Assembly (NCBI GenBank): GCA_002104905.1
Contig: MCFE01000035.1
Span: 141,624 to 205,623, forward strand
DNA length: 64,000 bases
From: Basidiobolus meristosporus CBS 931.73
Taxonomy: Eukaryota > Fungi > Basidiobolomycota
Reading direction: 5' to 3'
In this document: one piece after another, positions 62,558 through 64,000 of the stretch
Layout of the letters: each line of letters begins with the position of its first letter
How positions within the stretch are numbered: position 1 is the stretch's first letter
Made by a program: the position numbers and the translations under genes
The notes under the pieces: generated by a model
Told to the model about the DNA's origin: nothing
The model's database searches: none
The model's input: only the letters and a program-made list of their open reading frames with translations

Positions 62558-63853
62558 TTAGGGTTAGGGGGGGAGACAGTCACCAACAGGTGAAATCTTT
62601 ATTTCAGTAGAAACAAAGAAGCCAGCGCTACTGTTGTAGCTTTGATACAAGAGTGTGTAGCTGAGGGGAATTTGTTGGTAAGTTAATAAGAAGTGATGAT
62701 AGTTCTTCAGTGCTCAAGACACTGTTCAGTGGGAAGGGGGGTAGCAAGAGAGGTAAGAATGACTTGTGAACAACATTAATGAGGGGAATGTGATAAGGAT
62801 TGATATTCATCATAAAGGGAGTGTGCTGCTGCAGATATTGCTGCCAAAGGTCTGTCAAGTACTTCAGGTAGGCCAGCTTGGGTTTTTCTGACTGCAGAAT
62901 ATAGTGAGCAAACTTCTTGACTTCAGGATCTCCAAGTATAGTTCTCCAGCAGGAGTCAGGTGTAGTGTGGTGTGTTCTCTTCCAGGCCTTAATCAGTGGG
63001 TTGTTGCAGTTGTGAAGTCTGAGGTATAATCTGGTTCTAAGGTAGAGAAGTCTGATCTTATAGGGCATAAACCCAAAAGCACCAAGAATAGCATGTCTGT
63101 AGGGGCATTCAGGCAAATGAGGCACCAAGGAGGTAATGCACCATACTGCAAACTTGTCAAGCTTAGTGCAGTCTCTAGAAGTAAGAGAGAGAATTGGTAA
63201 GCCAAATTCCAGGACAGGGAAGACAAACTGCTTGAGTAGAAGGAGGCAGCTGGGAGCTGAAGTTGTAGGAGGAGTAACAGCCAGTAGCTTGTGGAGTGCC
63301 TGTCTTGCCAGGATAATTCTCTTCCTCAGATGTGCTCCAGAGTCTAGTCCAGTAGGAAGGAAAGGAAAGCCAAGATATGTAGCAGAAACCTGAGCAGGTA
63401 GAGTGGAGTTCTCCAAGTTGATGGGAGTGCCCAAAGGTACTGTCTTTGCAATGGAAAGCTGGAGATTATTCTTCTGCAGATACTGGTGGATGGTCTGGGA
63501 GTCTTGTTGCACATTGGAGGAGGATATTCTGATGTCATCAGCAAAGAGAGTAACCAGGCAGTCAGCTGAGAGTCTTGGGAAATCATTCAGGAAGATGGCA
63601 AACAGTATAGGACCAAGCACAGAGCCTTGAACCACTCCATTAGGAACTGAGAACACAGCTGATTGCTCACTTGGGTGCAGAATTCTTGCTTGTGGATCCA
63701 GAAACAGAGACCTGACAAGGAGGGTGAGAGAGGTACTGGAGAAGCATTGCAACTTGGACCAAAGCAGATTTCTGTCAACTGAATCAAAGGCCTTAGTAAT
63801 ATCAAACAGAACAGAGGGATACTTGCACTGGAGAGAGTGATCTTGGCTAAGTA
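62558..63853 (-). mobile_element. 5'-truncated LINE, copy 2, directly capped by the telomere
   Basis: Colinear with 60105..61397 with no indels and about 21 substitutions by manual count (~98%). Stop at 62628; homology ends at GCTAAGTA (63853). Confidence 0.95.
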
Positions 63854-64000
63854 GGGTTAGTAGGTTAGGGTTAGGGTTAGGGTTAGGGTTAGGGTTAGGG
63901 TTAGGGTTAGGGTTAGGGTTAGGGTTAGGGTTAGGTTAGGGTTAGGGTTAGGGTTAGGGTTAGGGTTAGGGTTAGGGTTAGGGTTAGGGTTAGGGTTAGG
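63852..64000 (+). repeat. Telomere (TTAGGG)n, G-rich strand running to the window end
   Basis: Continuous TTAGGG repeats, with variant units at 63861-63864 (TAGG) and 63931-63935 (TTAGG). Confidence 0.98.

Noticed and set aside
60105-63853. RIP as the cause of differences between the LINE copies
   Set aside because: The substitutions include many transversions and no stop codons; there is no directional CpA->TpA excess.

Overview
This is a fungal chromosome end on the + strand, finishing in (TTAGGG)n. It has short GT-AG introns with CTAAC-type branch sites. A T-box gene and a macoilin-like gene suggest a non-Dikarya fungus (inference; species not determinable here). About 20 mostly housekeeping genes lie between 1 and 59.3 kb: patatin lipase 3' end, Rom2-like RhoGEF, RPL35A/eL33, NPL4, stand-alone receiver protein, T-box factor, FIT/SCS3, Crb2/53BP1-like, CPT1/EPT1, KEX2, an orphan multi-TM protein, CENP-C/MIF2, Net1/Dnt1-like, macoilin-FN3-coiled-coil protein, Cu P1B-ATPase, S28 peptidase, a GPI-type protein, DUF4203/TMEM198-like and an SDR. 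Two CpG-poor islands (~13-15 kb and ~51-54.2 kb) carry one Copia-type LTR family. The most striking structure is the last 3.9 kb, a head-to-tail chain of four units, all on the minus strand with 3' ends towards the centromere. In order they are a 5'-truncated LINE, a ~585 bp tRNA-headed SINE-like element, a ~70 bp tail-only unit and a second truncated LINE capped by the telomere. Each unit has the same non-poly(A) 3' tail (AATAAA + TCACC-loop-GGTGA stem-loop + C-rich tract) fused to only 8-12 nt of telomeric repeat. This looks like a telomere-targeted LINE/SINE partnership. All calls come from manual reading; no searches were run.
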